Shown here piece after piece: positions 9,407 through 19,077 of a DNA stretch of 64,000 nucleotides. The notes below the pieces were generated by a model. The model had not been told where the DNA came from and searched no databases. It worked only from the letters and a program-made list of their open reading frames with translations. Every line of letters begins with the position of its first letter. The stretch's first letter is position 1. Position numbers and translations under genes: made by a program. The DNA comes from an uncultured Chloroflexia bacterium (GTDB lineage Bacteria; Chloroflexota; Limnocylindria; Limnocylindrales; CSP1-4): positions 462,099 through 526,098 of the forward strand of contig CAWGWF010000001.1 of the NCBI GenBank assembly GCA_963826225.1, read 5' to 3'.

Positions 9407-11101
9407 CTACTGCAGGTGGGCGTCGGCGATCCGGTGCACCTCCGCGGCGACGACTGCGTGGCGGGTCACCGCCGCCAGGAACGATTCGCGGTCGAGCACG
9501 AGCATCGAGGAATCGCGAACCGCCGTGACCGTGGCGGTCCGCGGCACGTTCCGGATCAGCGCGACCTCGCCGAACCCCTCGCCGGCGGTGTCGAGGTCGC
9601 GGAGGTGGCGGCCCGCCTGCGTGACCCGCATCGCCCCGGAGTCCAGCACGTAGTAGTGGTCCCCGTCGTCGCCCTCCCGGATGACGACCTCGCCCGCGGA
9701 GGCGGTCTCCCACGTCGCCGCTTTGGCGAGCGCCTCCATGATGGGAGGGTCCAGCGCCTCCAACAACTGCAGCCGCCGGAGCAGGCTGATCGCGCGCGCC
9801 GGCACGATCGCCCGCCGGTCGATCGCGCGGAGCCCGGGGACGGCCAGGCCGATCGTGACCGGCAGGACCGTCGCGAAGACCAGGATCGCCGACTGCAGGC
9901 CGACGACGCCCACGACGATCGGGACGAGGATGGCGCCCGCAGCGAGGGCGGCCATGATCAGGCCCTCCAGGATGCCGAACACCCGGGTCAGCACGTCGTC
10001 CCGGACGGCCCGCTGCAGGATCGTCCGGCCGGCAACGTCCATGACCGCGAGCCCGGTTCCGCCGACGACGAGCACGAACGGTGCGAACGCGCCCGAGGCC
10101 GTGACGCCCATCACCGCGAACGTCGCGCCCCAGACGAGCGCGCAGGCGGCGAGGATCGGGGTGATGCGCGGCCGGCCGACGAGCATGAAGGCCGCGGCGC
10201 CGCCGATCACCCCGCCGGCGCCCATGGCCGCCGACAGCAGCGCCGCACCCGACTCGCCGGTCTCGAACAGCTCGATGGCGACCAGCACGAACAGGACGTC
10301 GACGATCCCGATCATCAGGGTCCTCGCGGCCAGCACGCCCACGATGAGCCTGGCGTCGGCGTGGTGGGCGAGCGCCCGGAAGCCGGCCAGCATGTCGGAC
10401 AGCCGTCCGTCGGCCACGGCCCCCGAGGCGCTCCCGTCGGTGGTCCCCGCCGTGTCCTCGCCGGCGGCCGGCACCGCCTCACGGGCACCCGGCTCCGGTC
10501 TGACGCGTCCCACCAGCAGCGCGGCCACCACCACCAGGGCGGCGAGCACGGCGAGCACGGCGCCCGGTCCGGCAACCGCGAGGATCAGCGCGGCGGCCAG
10601 CGGCCCCAGCAGGATCCCGCCGGCCTCCGCGATGCTGGTTGTCGCATTGGCTGCGGTGAGCTCCTCGGCCGTCCGGGCGAGCGTCGGCAGGAGCGCATTG
10701 TGGGTGGGCCGCGCGATGGTGAGCGTGATCGACGACCCGATCGCCCCCAGGTACACGACGACCGGTGGCCAGCCCAGCACCATGCCCGCGGCGGTCAGGC
10801 CAAGGAGCGTCCCGAGCAGGGCATAGCCCATGGCGAGCACCCGTTCGCGGGCGAACCGGTCCCCCAGGTTCGCGACGAGCGGCGCGACCACGGCGGCCGG
10901 CAGCAGTTGGGCGATCGCCACCAGGCCCACCGACGCCGGGCCCGTGGCCTCGTAGGCGTACAGCAGGATCGCGACCCAGGCGCCGTACTCCACGCTGTTG
11001 AAGGCAAGGAACGCGAGCTGGAGCCGGCGGAGCGCCGGGTTCCGGATGACCTCGGCGGCAACGCGCAACGTGGCCCGGACCCGACCCCCCACGGCGCTCA
11101 T
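9407..11101 (-). CDS. MFS transporter fused to a C-terminal cyclic-nucleotide-binding (CAP_ED) domain
   Basis: About 12 TM helices across roughly 420 aa. The C-terminal ~130 aa carry GEVVIREGDDGDHYYVL and FGEVALIRNVPRTATVTA, which are classic cNMP-binding signatures. Confidence 0.85.
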   Translation of the reverse strand: MSAVGGRVRATLRVAAEVIRNPALRRLQLAFLAFNSVEYGAWVAILLYAYEATGPASVGLVAIAQLLPAAVVAPLVANLGDRFARERVLAMGYALLGTLLGLTAAGMVLGWPPVVVYLGAIGSSITLTIARPTHNALLPTLARTAEELTAANATTSIAEAGGILLGPLAAALILAVAGPGAVLAVLAALVVVAALLVGRVRPEPGAREAVPAAGEDTAGTTDGSASGAVADGRLSDMLAGFRALAHHADARLIVGVLAARTLMIGIVDVLFVLVAIELFETGESGAALLSAAMGAGGVIGGAAAFMLVGRPRITPILAACALVWGATFAVMGVTASGAFAPFVLVVGGTGLAVMDVAGRTILQRAVRDDVLTRVFGILEGLIMAALAAGAILVPIVVGVVGLQSAILVFATVLPVTIGLAVPGLRAIDRRAIVPARAISLLRRLQLLEALDPPIMEALAKAATWETASAGEVVIREGDDGDHYYVLDSGAMRVTQAGRHLRDLDTAGEGFGEVALIRNVPRTATVTAVRDSSMLVLDRESFLAAVTRHAVVAAEVHRIADAHLQ

Positions 11102-11319
11102 GGCCGCCAGTCTGCCACCGGGTCATCTCTCCCATGCGGTCGTTGCGGCGCTTGCGCCCGCGCGTGCCCCGGCTCGCAAGTCCCGGGGGCGGAGCACGGC
11201 CTGCCGCCCGGTCGTGCGTTGCGCTCCCCGGTCGTCCGCTGAACGCGCCGGGCCGGTCGTGGGATGATCAGCCGGTGGGCCCCGTTCGATGCGCCCGCAG
11301 CCACCGGAGAGCGTCCCGC

Positions 11320-12558
11320 ATGACCGGACCCGTCCTGACCGCCGCCGAGCTCGCCGCCGTCCGGCGCGAGTACCGGGCAGCCTCCCTTCTTCCGGCCCGG
11401 ACCTACCACGAGCCGGGCATCCTGGAGTGGGAGCGGGAGCACATCCTGCGCCGCGACTGGATGCTCGTCGCGCGGGAGGAGGACGTCCCGGAGCCCCGCA
11501 GCTTCAGGCTCCTCGATGTGGACGGCGAGAACGTCATCCTCGTCCGCGGCCGGGACGGCGTGATCCGCGCCTTCTACAACGTGTGCCGCCACCGGGGCAC
11601 CGCGGTGGAGGAGCGGGAATGCGGCCGTGCCGTCCGCTTTCAGTGCCCCTACCACGCCTGGATCTACGACCTGGACGGACGGCTGATCCGCGCCAAGCAC
11701 ACGGAGGACCTGGAGGACTTCAGTCTCGAGACCTCCGGTCTCGTCCCGGTCCACGTCGCCACCTGGCAGGGGTTCGTGTTCCTCAACCTGGCCGACGGCG
11801 AGGTCCCGGCGCTCGAGGACCAGCTGGGCGATCTCGTGGACCATCTTGCGCGGTTCGACTTCCGGACGCTGCGGTCCGCGAAGCGGATCGAGTACGAGGT
11901 CGCCGCCAACTGGAAGTTCATCGCCGAGAACTACAGCGAGTGCTACCACTGCCCGGGAGTCCATCCCCAGCTCAACCACCTCACCCCCTACGACCTGGGC
12001 GGCGACTTCGACCCGGCGGGAGCCTGGCAGGGCGGCTGGATGGAGCTCGTGGACGGGGCGGAGACGATGGCGCTCGACGTGACCGACCCCCTCCACCACG
12101 GGTCGCGGGACGGCCGGCCGTCGATGTGCGGGATCACGACCGAGGACGAGCAGCGGATCTACTACTACGTGCTGTGGCCGCTGGCGTTCCTCTCCATCCA
12201 CCCGGACTACCTCCTGGTCCACCGGCTGGTGCCACGGGACGCCTCGCACACGCTCGTGGTCTGCGACTGGCTGTTCGAGGAGACGACCATGGCGCGGCCG
12301 GACTTCGACCCATCGGAGCCGATCGCGTTCTGGGACCTCACCAACCGCCAGGACTGGCACGTCTGCGAGCTGCAGCAGCGGGGGACGCGGTCCCGCTCCT
12401 GGGTGGCCGGCCGCTACTCCAACAACGAGCCGTCGGTGCAGGCGTTCGACCTCATGGTCGCCGCGTGCTACGCGGGCGACCCGGTCACCGGCCGGCCGAC
12501 CGTTCGCGACCGCTACGATGTCCCGCCGCCCAAGCCGGCGGATCTGGCGACGCGGTAG
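11320..12558 (+). CDS. Rieske [2Fe-2S] aromatic-ring-hydroxylating oxygenase, alpha subunit
   Basis: ATG at 11320 preceded by GGAGA. Rieske motif CRHRG...(17)...CPYHAW. A mononuclear-Fe region (NWKFIAENYSECYHCPGVH). Similar to the GbcA/Stc2/CntA-type N-demethylating oxygenases. Confidence 0.85.
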   Translation: MTGPVLTAAELAAVRREYRAASLLPARTYHEPGILEWEREHILRRDWMLVAREEDVPEPRSFRLLDVDGENVILVRGRDGVIRAFYNVCRHRGTAVEERECGRAVRFQCPYHAWIYDLDGRLIRAKHTEDLEDFSLETSGLVPVHVATWQGFVFLNLADGEVPALEDQLGDLVDHLARFDFRTLRSAKRIEYEVAANWKFIAENYSECYHCPGVHPQLNHLTPYDLGGDFDPAGAWQGGWMELVDGAETMALDVTDPLHHGSRDGRPSMCGITTEDEQRIYYYVLWPLAFLSIHPDYLLVHRLVPRDASHTLVVCDWLFEETTMARPDFDPSEPIAFWDLTNRQDWHVCELQQRGTRSRSWVAGRYSNNEPSVQAFDLMVAACYAGDPVTGRPTVRDRYDVPPPKPADLATR

Positions 12559-12731
12559 CCGGGCCGGCGCGGATCCCGGCGCGACCCGAAGGCGGCCCAC
12601 CTCGCCACCGCCAGCGTCGTTCGCCCGAGGGACCGACCCGCCCGTCCGCAACGGGCCGGACGTGCCTGACCGCCGGCTCTGCGCCGGCCGGACCGTAGCC
12701 TTCGTCGCCCCCGCGCGGTATCGTCCGCGCC

Positions 12732-13619
12732 ATGAGCATGCTGCCCGCCTCCGCATCCCTCTCCCGTCCACTGGTCGCCGACGGCGCCATGGGCACGGCC
12801 CTGTTCGCGCTGGGCATGCCCATCGGCGAGGCGCCGGAGGCGTGGCTCCTGACCCCGGAGGGATCCCGGGCCGTAACCGAGGTCCACCGCTCGCACGTGG
12901 CGGCCGGATCGCAGCTGATCCTGACGTCCACGTTCGGGGCGAACCCGCTCCGGCTGGTGGGGTCGGAGGTCGAGGGTCGGACGGCTGAGGTCTGCCGGGC
13001 CGCCGTTGCCGCCGCCCGGGCGGGTGCCGGCCCGGACACGATCCTCGCGGCCTCCATGGGGCCGACGGGTGGCCTGATCATCCCCTACGGCCTGCTGGAC
13101 GCGGGCGATGTCCGAGCCGCCTACGCCGAGCAGGCGGCCGTCATGGCCGAGGCCGGCGTGGACGTGCTGTGGATCGAGACCATGATGGACATCAACGAGG
13201 CCGTGGCCGCGCTCGACGGGGCCCGGGAGGGCGCGCCCGGCCTGCCGGTCGTGGTGACCATGACGTTCGCGCCCAACGGCCGGACGATGTTCGGGAACTG
13301 GCCGGACGCGGTGGCCGGCACGCTGGCGGAGCACGGGGCGGCCGGGGTGGGGGCGAACTGCGGTGACGGCTTCGCGCCCGTGGAGCTGGTGATCCCCGCC
13401 TTCGCGGCGGCGGCGCCGGGCCTCCATATCGTGGCCAAGGCCAATGCCGGGATCCCGGTCGGGACGGCCGACGGGGAGACGTCCTATCCCGCCACGCCGG
13501 ACGAGGCCGCCCTGTACGCCCGCCGGGTCGCGGACTCCGGGGCCACGATCGTCGGCGGCTGCTGTGGGACGACCGATGCCCACCTGGCGGCCATCGTGGC
13601 GGCGCTCGCCGACCGCTGA
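12732..13619 (+). CDS. homocysteine S-methyltransferase family protein (Hcy-binding domain; BHMT/MmuM-like)
   Basis: DGAMGTAL at the N-terminus and GGCCGTTDAHL near the C-terminus, which are the zinc/Hcy-binding signatures of the pterin-independent homocysteine methyltransferases. Confidence 0.85.
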   Translation: MSMLPASASLSRPLVADGAMGTALFALGMPIGEAPEAWLLTPEGSRAVTEVHRSHVAAGSQLILTSTFGANPLRLVGSEVEGRTAEVCRAAVAAARAGAGPDTILAASMGPTGGLIIPYGLLDAGDVRAAYAEQAAVMAEAGVDVLWIETMMDINEAVAALDGAREGAPGLPVVVTMTFAPNGRTMFGNWPDAVAGTLAEHGAAGVGANCGDGFAPVELVIPAFAAAAPGLHIVAKANAGIPVGTADGETSYPATPDEAALYARRVADSGATIVGGCCGTTDAHLAAIVAALADR

Positions 13620-13669
13620 TCCGGCCGAGGGACGGGCGGCCGGCCGCGAGCCCGGCTGCCGGTGTCGGG

Positions 13670-14569
13670 TCAGGTCCGGGGCTTCGTCCGGGCGGCGATG
13701 CGCTCAATGGCTCCGGCCCAGCCGGGATCGAACGGCTTGCCCGGCGCGTCGAGGTCGATGACGACCGGTGCATGGTCCGATGGCGTGGGCGGGCCCTTGC
13801 GTGCCTCGCGGTCGATGTCCGCCCAGGCGACGCGGGCCGCGACCGCGGCCGTCGCATACAGCAGGTCGATCCGCATGCCCTCGTTGCGGTGGAAGTTGCC
13901 GGCCCGATAGTCCCACCATGAGAAGCGGCCGAGCTCCTGGTGCATCGCCCGGTACGTGTCCACCAGGCCCCACTCGCGGAGGGCCGCCAGCGCCGCCCGC
14001 TCGGGTCCGGACACGTGCGTCCCGCCGTGTGCCTTCACGGCGTCCCACACGTCCTCGTCCGCCGGGGTCACGTTGAAGTCACCGCCCAGGACGAGCGGCT
14101 CATCGGGCGAGCGGGTCTCGGTCAGCCAGCGCGCCAGGCGCTCGAACCAGCGCAGCTTGCCCTCGTAGAACGGCGAGCCGACCTCACGGCCGTTGGGCGC
14201 GTACAGGCTCGCCACCCGGACCCCGCCGCATATCGCGGACACCATCCGGGCCTCCGCGAGCGGGTCGAAATCGTCCTCGCCCACCGCGACCGCGGCCCCG
14301 GCGGAGGAGTCCCGCACCGGCCCGTTGCCGAAGTTGGTGATCACGTCCGCCGCCCCCACCCGGGTCAGGATCCCCACCCCGTTCCAGCGCCCCTCGCCGT
14401 GGTGGACGAGCTCGTAGCCCAGCATGCGGAACGGCATCACCGGGGCGTCGGCGTCCGAGAGCTTCGTCTCCTGGATCAGCAGGACGTCCGGCTCCGCCCT
14501 GGCGAGCCACCGTTCGACCGCCTCCTGGCGGGCCTTGAGCGAGTTGACGTTCCAGGTCGCGATGCGCAT
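13670..14569 (-). CDS. xthA: exodeoxyribonuclease III
   Basis: MRIATWNVNSL, LLIQETK, GGDFNV and SDHAPV, which are EEP-family AP endonuclease motifs. Confidence 0.9.
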   Translation of the reverse strand: MRIATWNVNSLKARQEAVERWLARAEPDVLLIQETKLSDADAPVMPFRMLGYELVHHGEGRWNGVGILTRVGAADVITNFGNGPVRDSSAGAAVAVGEDDFDPLAEARMVSAICGGVRVASLYAPNGREVGSPFYEGKLRWFERLARWLTETRSPDEPLVLGGDFNVTPADEDVWDAVKAHGGTHVSGPERAALAALREWGLVDTYRAMHQELGRFSWWDYRAGNFHRNEGMRIDLLYATAAVAARVAWADIDREARKGPPTPSDHAPVVIDLDAPGKPFDPGWAGAIERIAARTKPRT

Positions 14570-14572
14570 GTG

Positions 14573-15277
14573 TCAGTACCGGCGGCCGCGCTGGCGGGCC
14601 AGGTCGAAGGCGGCCGTGTCCGCCACCGCCATCACCGCCATCGTGCCGGCCTGGACCGGGTCGCTGACCACGAGGTCCACGTGACTGGTGATCGAGCCCA
14701 CCATGTTGAGCGCGATGATCGGGATGCCGACGGCGCGCAGCTCGTCCGCGGCGCGGCTGATCTCGCCGCCCATCATGGAGCCCGCCAGCACCAGCAGCCG
14801 GGCGCGGGGCAGGTCCGCCACGGCCCGGACGGCCGCGGCGATCGTGTCCTCGCCGACGAGCGGGATCGTGTCCACGGAGATGCGCTCGCCGCGCAGGTTG
14901 TGACGGTCCGCCTCGGATACGGCGCCCAGCGCGACCTGCGCGACCTGCGCGCCGCCGCCGACGACGATGACCCGCTTGCCGAACACCTTGCCCAGCGGAC
15001 GCGTGAGGTGCATGCCGAGCACCTCTCTGACGCCTTCGAGCGCCCCGATCAGCGCGGGCTCGTCGGCGTCCTCCACCTCCAGCTCCAGCTCGGCCAGCGG
15101 CCGGCCGTCGGCGTCGTCGCCGCCCGCCGCGACGCGCCGAACCGTGGACAGCGTGCGCACGCGGCCTCCGGCCTCGGCCACCCGGGCGGCGATCCGGGCG
15201 ATGACCGCCGGGTCGTCCACCACCTCCAGGCGGACGGCGACGGTGGACGGCGGCGGCGCGGAGCCGCGGCGGGGCAC
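14573..15277 (-). CDS. ACT-like N-terminal domain protein with a DRTGG-like C-terminal region (tentative)
   Basis: Only the downstream part of track ORF 14573..15619 is coding-like. A GTG at 15277 lies 10 nt after the upstream gene's stop. [26 protein letters not shown] looks like an ACT strand and helix. The C-terminus ([10 protein letters not shown]...[30 protein letters not shown]) is of unclear family. Confidence 0.45.
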   Translation of the reverse strand: MPRRGSAPPPSTVAVRLEVVDDPAVIARIAARVAEAGGRVRTLSTVRRVAAGGDDADGRPLAELELEVEDADEPALIGALEGVREVLGMHLTRPLGKVFGKRVIVVGGGAQVAQVALGAVSEADRHNLRGERISVDTIPLVGEDTIAAAVRAVADLPRARLLVLAGSMMGGEISRAADELRAVGIPIIALNMVGSITSHVDLVVSDPVQAGTMAVMAVADTAAFDLARQRGRRY

Positions 15278-15285
15278 GGCGCGCC

Positions 15286-15555
15286 TCAGCCGGAGCGGCC
15301 GGCGACGACGTCGCTGATGGACATGTCGGCGGGTGAGGCTCCCATGGGGTCGTGCTCCTCGTACGGGATCCCAAGGGCACCGAACGCCTCGCGGGTCTGC
15401 CCGGCGTCGCTGGTGGTGAGCATCAGGGCGCCGTCCGTGTCCTCGGCCACGCCGACGATGCCGGTGATGTTGACCTCGCGATCGGCCAGCGCCTGCGCGA
15501 CGCGCGCGAGCGCGCCGGGGCGGTCGTCGAGCTTCATGGTGAACCAGATCGTCAC
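15286..15555 (-). CDS. small ACT-domain protein (UPF0237-like)
   Basis: 89 aa. [29 protein letters not shown] is a canonical ACT beta-alpha-beta element. Confidence 0.7.
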   Translation of the reverse strand: MTIWFTMKLDDRPGALARVAQALADREVNITGIVGVAEDTDGALMLTTSDAGQTREAFGALGIPYEEHDPMGASPADMSISDVVAGRSG

Positions 15556-15575
15556 GCGGAACCTCCTGGCCGCCC

Positions 15576-16091
15576 ATGGTACGCGGGCGGCGCGCTACGC
15601 TGCGACTTCTCATGGTCACCCGCCACTCCGCCGCCTTCTACCGCCTGATCGGGATCATCGGCACCAGCCGGCTGGTCACGCGCCTGCACCCCGTCGCGTA
15701 CCGGCTCACCGGCGGGCGCTGGATCACGGGTCGCAACCTGGGCGTGCTCAACGTGATCGTGGTGACCACCGGCCGACGCAGCGGCAGGGTCCGGGAGATC
15801 CCGCTGTACGCGTTCGAGGACGGGGACCGCCTCGTCGTCATCGGGTCCAACATGGGCCAGGACCGCGAGCCCGCCTGGGTGCGCAACCTCCGGGCGCACC
15901 CGGAGGTCCACGTGCGGGTCGGGCGCGCGCTGCGTGCGATGCTCGCCCGCGAGGCGGCCGGCGACGAGCGCGAGCGGCTGTGGCGGCTGGCCGCGGCCGG
16001 GTACCCGGGTTACGAGGACTACGCCCGCTGGACGCGGCGTCGGATCCCGGTGGTCATGCTGGAGCCCCGTGACGAGGAGGCGGCCGCCTGA
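15576..16091 (+). CDS. deazaflavin (F420)-dependent nitroreductase family protein (Ddn-like)
   Basis: [19 protein letters not shown] and [18 protein letters not shown] match Ddn-family motifs. The true start may be the ATG at 15612. Confidence 0.7.
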   Translation: MVRGRRATLRLLMVTRHSAAFYRLIGIIGTSRLVTRLHPVAYRLTGGRWITGRNLGVLNVIVVTTGRRSGRVREIPLYAFEDGDRLVVIGSNMGQDREPAWVRNLRAHPEVHVRVGRALRAMLAREAAGDERERLWRLAAAGYPGYEDYARWTRRRIPVVMLEPRDEEAAA

Positions 16092-16483
16092 TGCCGGCCC
16101 CGCTGGGCAAGGTGCCCACGAAGAAGATGCCCAACATCCAGGTGTTCGGCATGGACGACTCGCAGGCGACGCGTGCGGCGCTCCGGTTCTTCCGGGAGCG
16201 GCGGATCGTGGTCCACTACGTCGACCTGCGCAAGAAGCCGATCGCGGCCGGGGAGCTGCGGCGGTTCACGGACCGCCTGGGGGCGGCGGCGCTGCTGGAC
16301 ACGGAGTGCCGTGCGTACCGCGAGGCCGGCCTCGCGCACCTGTCCACCGACGCCGCCGGGATCACGCAGCGACTGCTGGCCGACGCCCGGCTGCTGCGCC
16401 TCCCGCTGGTCCGCTACGGCGATGAGGTCACGGCCGGTCGGGACGAGGCCACCTGGAAGGCCTGGCTGGCGCGGCCGCGCTAG
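16091..16483 (+). CDS. ArsC/Spx-family thioredoxin-fold protein (YffB-like)
   Basis: 130 aa. ATGA overlap with the previous stop. IQVFGMDDSQATRAALRFFRERRI N-terminus typical of the ArsC/Spx fold, with no catalytic Cys at the usual position. Confidence 0.65.
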   Translation: MPAPLGKVPTKKMPNIQVFGMDDSQATRAALRFFRERRIVVHYVDLRKKPIAAGELRRFTDRLGAAALLDTECRAYREAGLAHLSTDAAGITQRLLADARLLRLPLVRYGDEVTAGRDEATWKAWLARPR

Positions 16484-16793
16484 GAGGGCCCACGCCAGAC
16501 CCCGCGACCCGGGCCCGTCCAGGCATCCCGGTCGCCGCGTGCCCGCCCCCGCGTGACTGGAGCCCGCCAGCTCGCTCCAAAGGGGGCTCGATCGGACGTC
16601 CCCACCGGCCGCTCCAGCGCGATCCGTGTCCTTGACCCGCCAAGTGCCGCCATCCGGCCCGATGGTCCGCCCCATCCACGTCCCCATCGACGGATTCGGC
16701 CGATCTGGAACACACGGCCGGGAGAACCGACCGACCACTCCACTGCTGCGACCACCCCCGCCGCGGCCCCGCCGGTGGCATGCTGTCCGCGTC

Positions 16794-17585
16794 ATGACCG
16801 ACCACGACGCAGAGAACCACCGTTCCTCGCCACGCACCATGCGCCGCGGCCGGGTGTCGATGCGCCCCGAGACCGCGGAGCGGTTCGGCGCCGGGCGGCC
16901 CACGGAGGACGAGAAGCTCCTCGGCGCTCCGACGGAGCGTCCCGCGTTCCTCGAGACGGACACCTGGCGCGCGCTGCGGATCCTGTCCGATTTCGTCGAG
17001 GGGTTCGAGGCCCTGGCAGGCGTCGGTCCGGCGGTGGCGGTGTTCGGCTCGGCGCGCACGCCGGTGGACGACCCTGGCTACGACCTCGCCCGCCGCATCG
17101 GGGCGGAGCTGGCGACGGCGGGTTTCGCGGTGATCACGGGTGGCGGTCCCGGCACGATGGAGGCGGCCAACCGCGGCGCCCACGAGGCCGGTGGCCTGTC
17201 GATCGGCTGCAACATCGAGCTGCCGCACGAGCAGCACCTCAACCCGTACGTGGACCTCTCGGTGGAGTTCCACTACTTCTTCGCCCGCAAGACCATGTTC
17301 GTGAAGTACTCGGACGCGTTCGTCATCCTGCCCGGCGGGTTCGGCACCCTGGACGAGCTGTTCGAGTCCCTCACCCTCATCCAGACCGGCAAGATCCGGC
17401 ACTTCCCGGTGGTGCTGGTCGGACACGCCTACTGGGACGGGCTCCTGCGCTGGATGCGCGAGGTTCAGCTTCCGGCCGGTGTGGTCGCCGAGGCGGACAT
17501 CGATCTCATCCGGGTCACCGACGACCCGGCCGAGGTCGTCTCGATCATCACGTCCTACATGAAGGCGAACGGCCTCGCGGAGTGA
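16794..17585 (+). CDS. LOG-family protein (cytokinin riboside 5'-monophosphate phosphoribohydrolase-like)
   Basis: VFGSARTP, ITGGGPGTMEAANRGA and PGGFGTLDELFE, which are TIGR00730 signature blocks. Start chosen at ATG 16794. Confidence 0.85.
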   Translation: MTDHDAENHRSSPRTMRRGRVSMRPETAERFGAGRPTEDEKLLGAPTERPAFLETDTWRALRILSDFVEGFEALAGVGPAVAVFGSARTPVDDPGYDLARRIGAELATAGFAVITGGGPGTMEAANRGAHEAGGLSIGCNIELPHEQHLNPYVDLSVEFHYFFARKTMFVKYSDAFVILPGGFGTLDELFESLTLIQTGKIRHFPVVLVGHAYWDGLLRWMREVQLPAGVVAEADIDLIRVTDDPAEVVSIITSYMKANGLAE

Positions 17586-18571
17586 CTGACCTCGCGGAGC
17601 CGCTTCCCGGCATCGCGGTCGTGCCGGGGGCGCGCCCGGCCCGTGGCTACCTGCTGTATCTCGGCGCGGCCACCCTGTTCGCGATCAACGGCACGATCGC
17701 CAAGTCGATGATCCTGGCCGGCATCGGCCCGTCCCACCTCAGCCAGCTGCGCGTGACCGGGGCGTTCCTGCTCATGCTCGGCGCCCTTGCGCTCACCCGG
17801 CGGGAGACGATCCGCCTGCGACGCCGGGAGCTGCCGATGCTCGCCGTGTACGGGATCGTGGGCATCGCCGTCACCCAGTTCCTGTACTTCGTGTCGATCG
17901 AGCGGCTGCCGATCGGACTGGCCCTGCTGATCGAGTTCACGTCGCCGATCATCGTGGCGCTGTGGTTCCGCTTCGGCCTGGGCCAGCCCACGCGACCCTC
18001 GGTCTGGGCGGGACTCGTGATGGCGCTGGTGGGGCTCGCGATCGTCGCCGAGGTTTGGCAGGGGTTCACCCTGGACGTGATCGGCGTGACGGCGGCCCTC
18101 GGTGGGGCGGCGACGCTGGCCGTGTACTACGTGACCGCGGAGGCCCAGGTCCGCGGCCCGGGTGGCCGGGACCCCGTGTCGCTCACGATGTGGGGCATGG
18201 GCATGGCCGCGCTCGCCTGGGCGGTCATCCAGCCGTGGTGGTGGTTCCCGACCGACGCCCTCGGCGGGACGGTGGATGGCTTCGCCGGCAGCCTCCCCGC
18301 CCTGCCGATCTGGGGGCTGGTGGCCTGGATGGTCGTGATGGGCACGGTCGTGCCGTTCTCGCTGGTGGTCCTCTCGATGCGCCATCTGCAGGCCTCGCAG
18401 GCGTCGACGATGGGCATGACGGAGCCGATCATCGCGACCGCCGTTGCCTGGGTCGCCCTGGGCGAGGTGCTCACGCCGGTGCAGCTCGCGGGCTCCGCGA
18501 TCGTGCTCGCCGGAATCTTCCTGGCCGAACGGAGCCGGAGCGCGCCTACCCGGGGATCGCCACCTCGATGA
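17582..18571 (+). CDS. DMT-superfamily (EamA-type) transporter
   Basis: GTG overlaps the LOG stop. Ten predicted TM helices in two EamA-like halves. Confidence 0.8.
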   Translation: MTDLAEPLPGIAVVPGARPARGYLLYLGAATLFAINGTIAKSMILAGIGPSHLSQLRVTGAFLLMLGALALTRRETIRLRRRELPMLAVYGIVGIAVTQFLYFVSIERLPIGLALLIEFTSPIIVALWFRFGLGQPTRPSVWAGLVMALVGLAIVAEVWQGFTLDVIGVTAALGGAATLAVYYVTAEAQVRGPGGRDPVSLTMWGMGMAALAWAVIQPWWWFPTDALGGTVDGFAGSLPALPIWGLVAWMVVMGTVVPFSLVVLSMRHLQASQASTMGMTEPIIATAVAWVALGEVLTPVQLAGSAIVLAGIFLAERSRSAPTRGSPPR

Positions 18572-19025
18572 TCCCGTCCGCGACCCGGACCGGGTAGTAG
18601 CGGAAGCGGCGGATCCGGGTCAGGCGGCGGGCGTCGGTCTTGGGTCCGGGCGGGTCCGGCTTGGGCTCGCGGCCGGGCGGCGTCCAGGGGGGTTCGTGGC
18701 GGCCGTCGGGCCACAGCCCACCGGTCGTGGGCATGCGGACCGGGCCCCCGGACTCGAGGTCGAAGCGCCCGGCGTGCAGCGGGCAGGAGACGACGCACCC
18801 GTCCAGCTCGCCGATCGACAACGGCGCCGACATGTGCGGGCACCTGTCGTCCACCGCGCACACGCCCCGGTCGGTGTGTGCCAGGAGCACATCCAGCTCG
18901 CCGAAGGTGACCCGCCGCAGCGCGCCGGGCGGCAGGTCCGCCGCCGGGATCGTGGCGCGGAACGGCGCGTCGCCGGCGCCGATGGCGAGCAGCCCGTCGG
19001 GGATCGGCAGGGTGGCGGTCACCAC
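18546..19025 (-). CDS. small Rieske [2Fe-2S] domain protein (NirD-like)
   Basis: CPHMSAPLS...(16)...CPLHAGRF Rieske motif. GTG start at 19025 chosen so as not to overlap the upstream MFS gene. Confidence 0.7.
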   Translation of the reverse strand: MVTATLPIPDGLLAIGAGDAPFRATIPAADLPPGALRRVTFGELDVLLAHTDRGVCAVDDRCPHMSAPLSIGELDGCVVSCPLHAGRFDLESGGPVRMPTTGGLWPDGRHEPPWTPPGREPKPDPPGPKTDARRLTRIRRFRYYPVRVADGIIEVAIPG

Positions 19026-19077
19026 GCGATGGTAGCGCGGGCGACTCGCCCGACCCGACCCGGGCGTCCGCGCGTGC

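Noticed and set aside
13940-16072. 710-aa plus-strand ORF across xthA, the ACT genes and the Ddn-like gene
   Set aside because: Antisense or off-frame relative to four motif-supported genes. Low-complexity composition.
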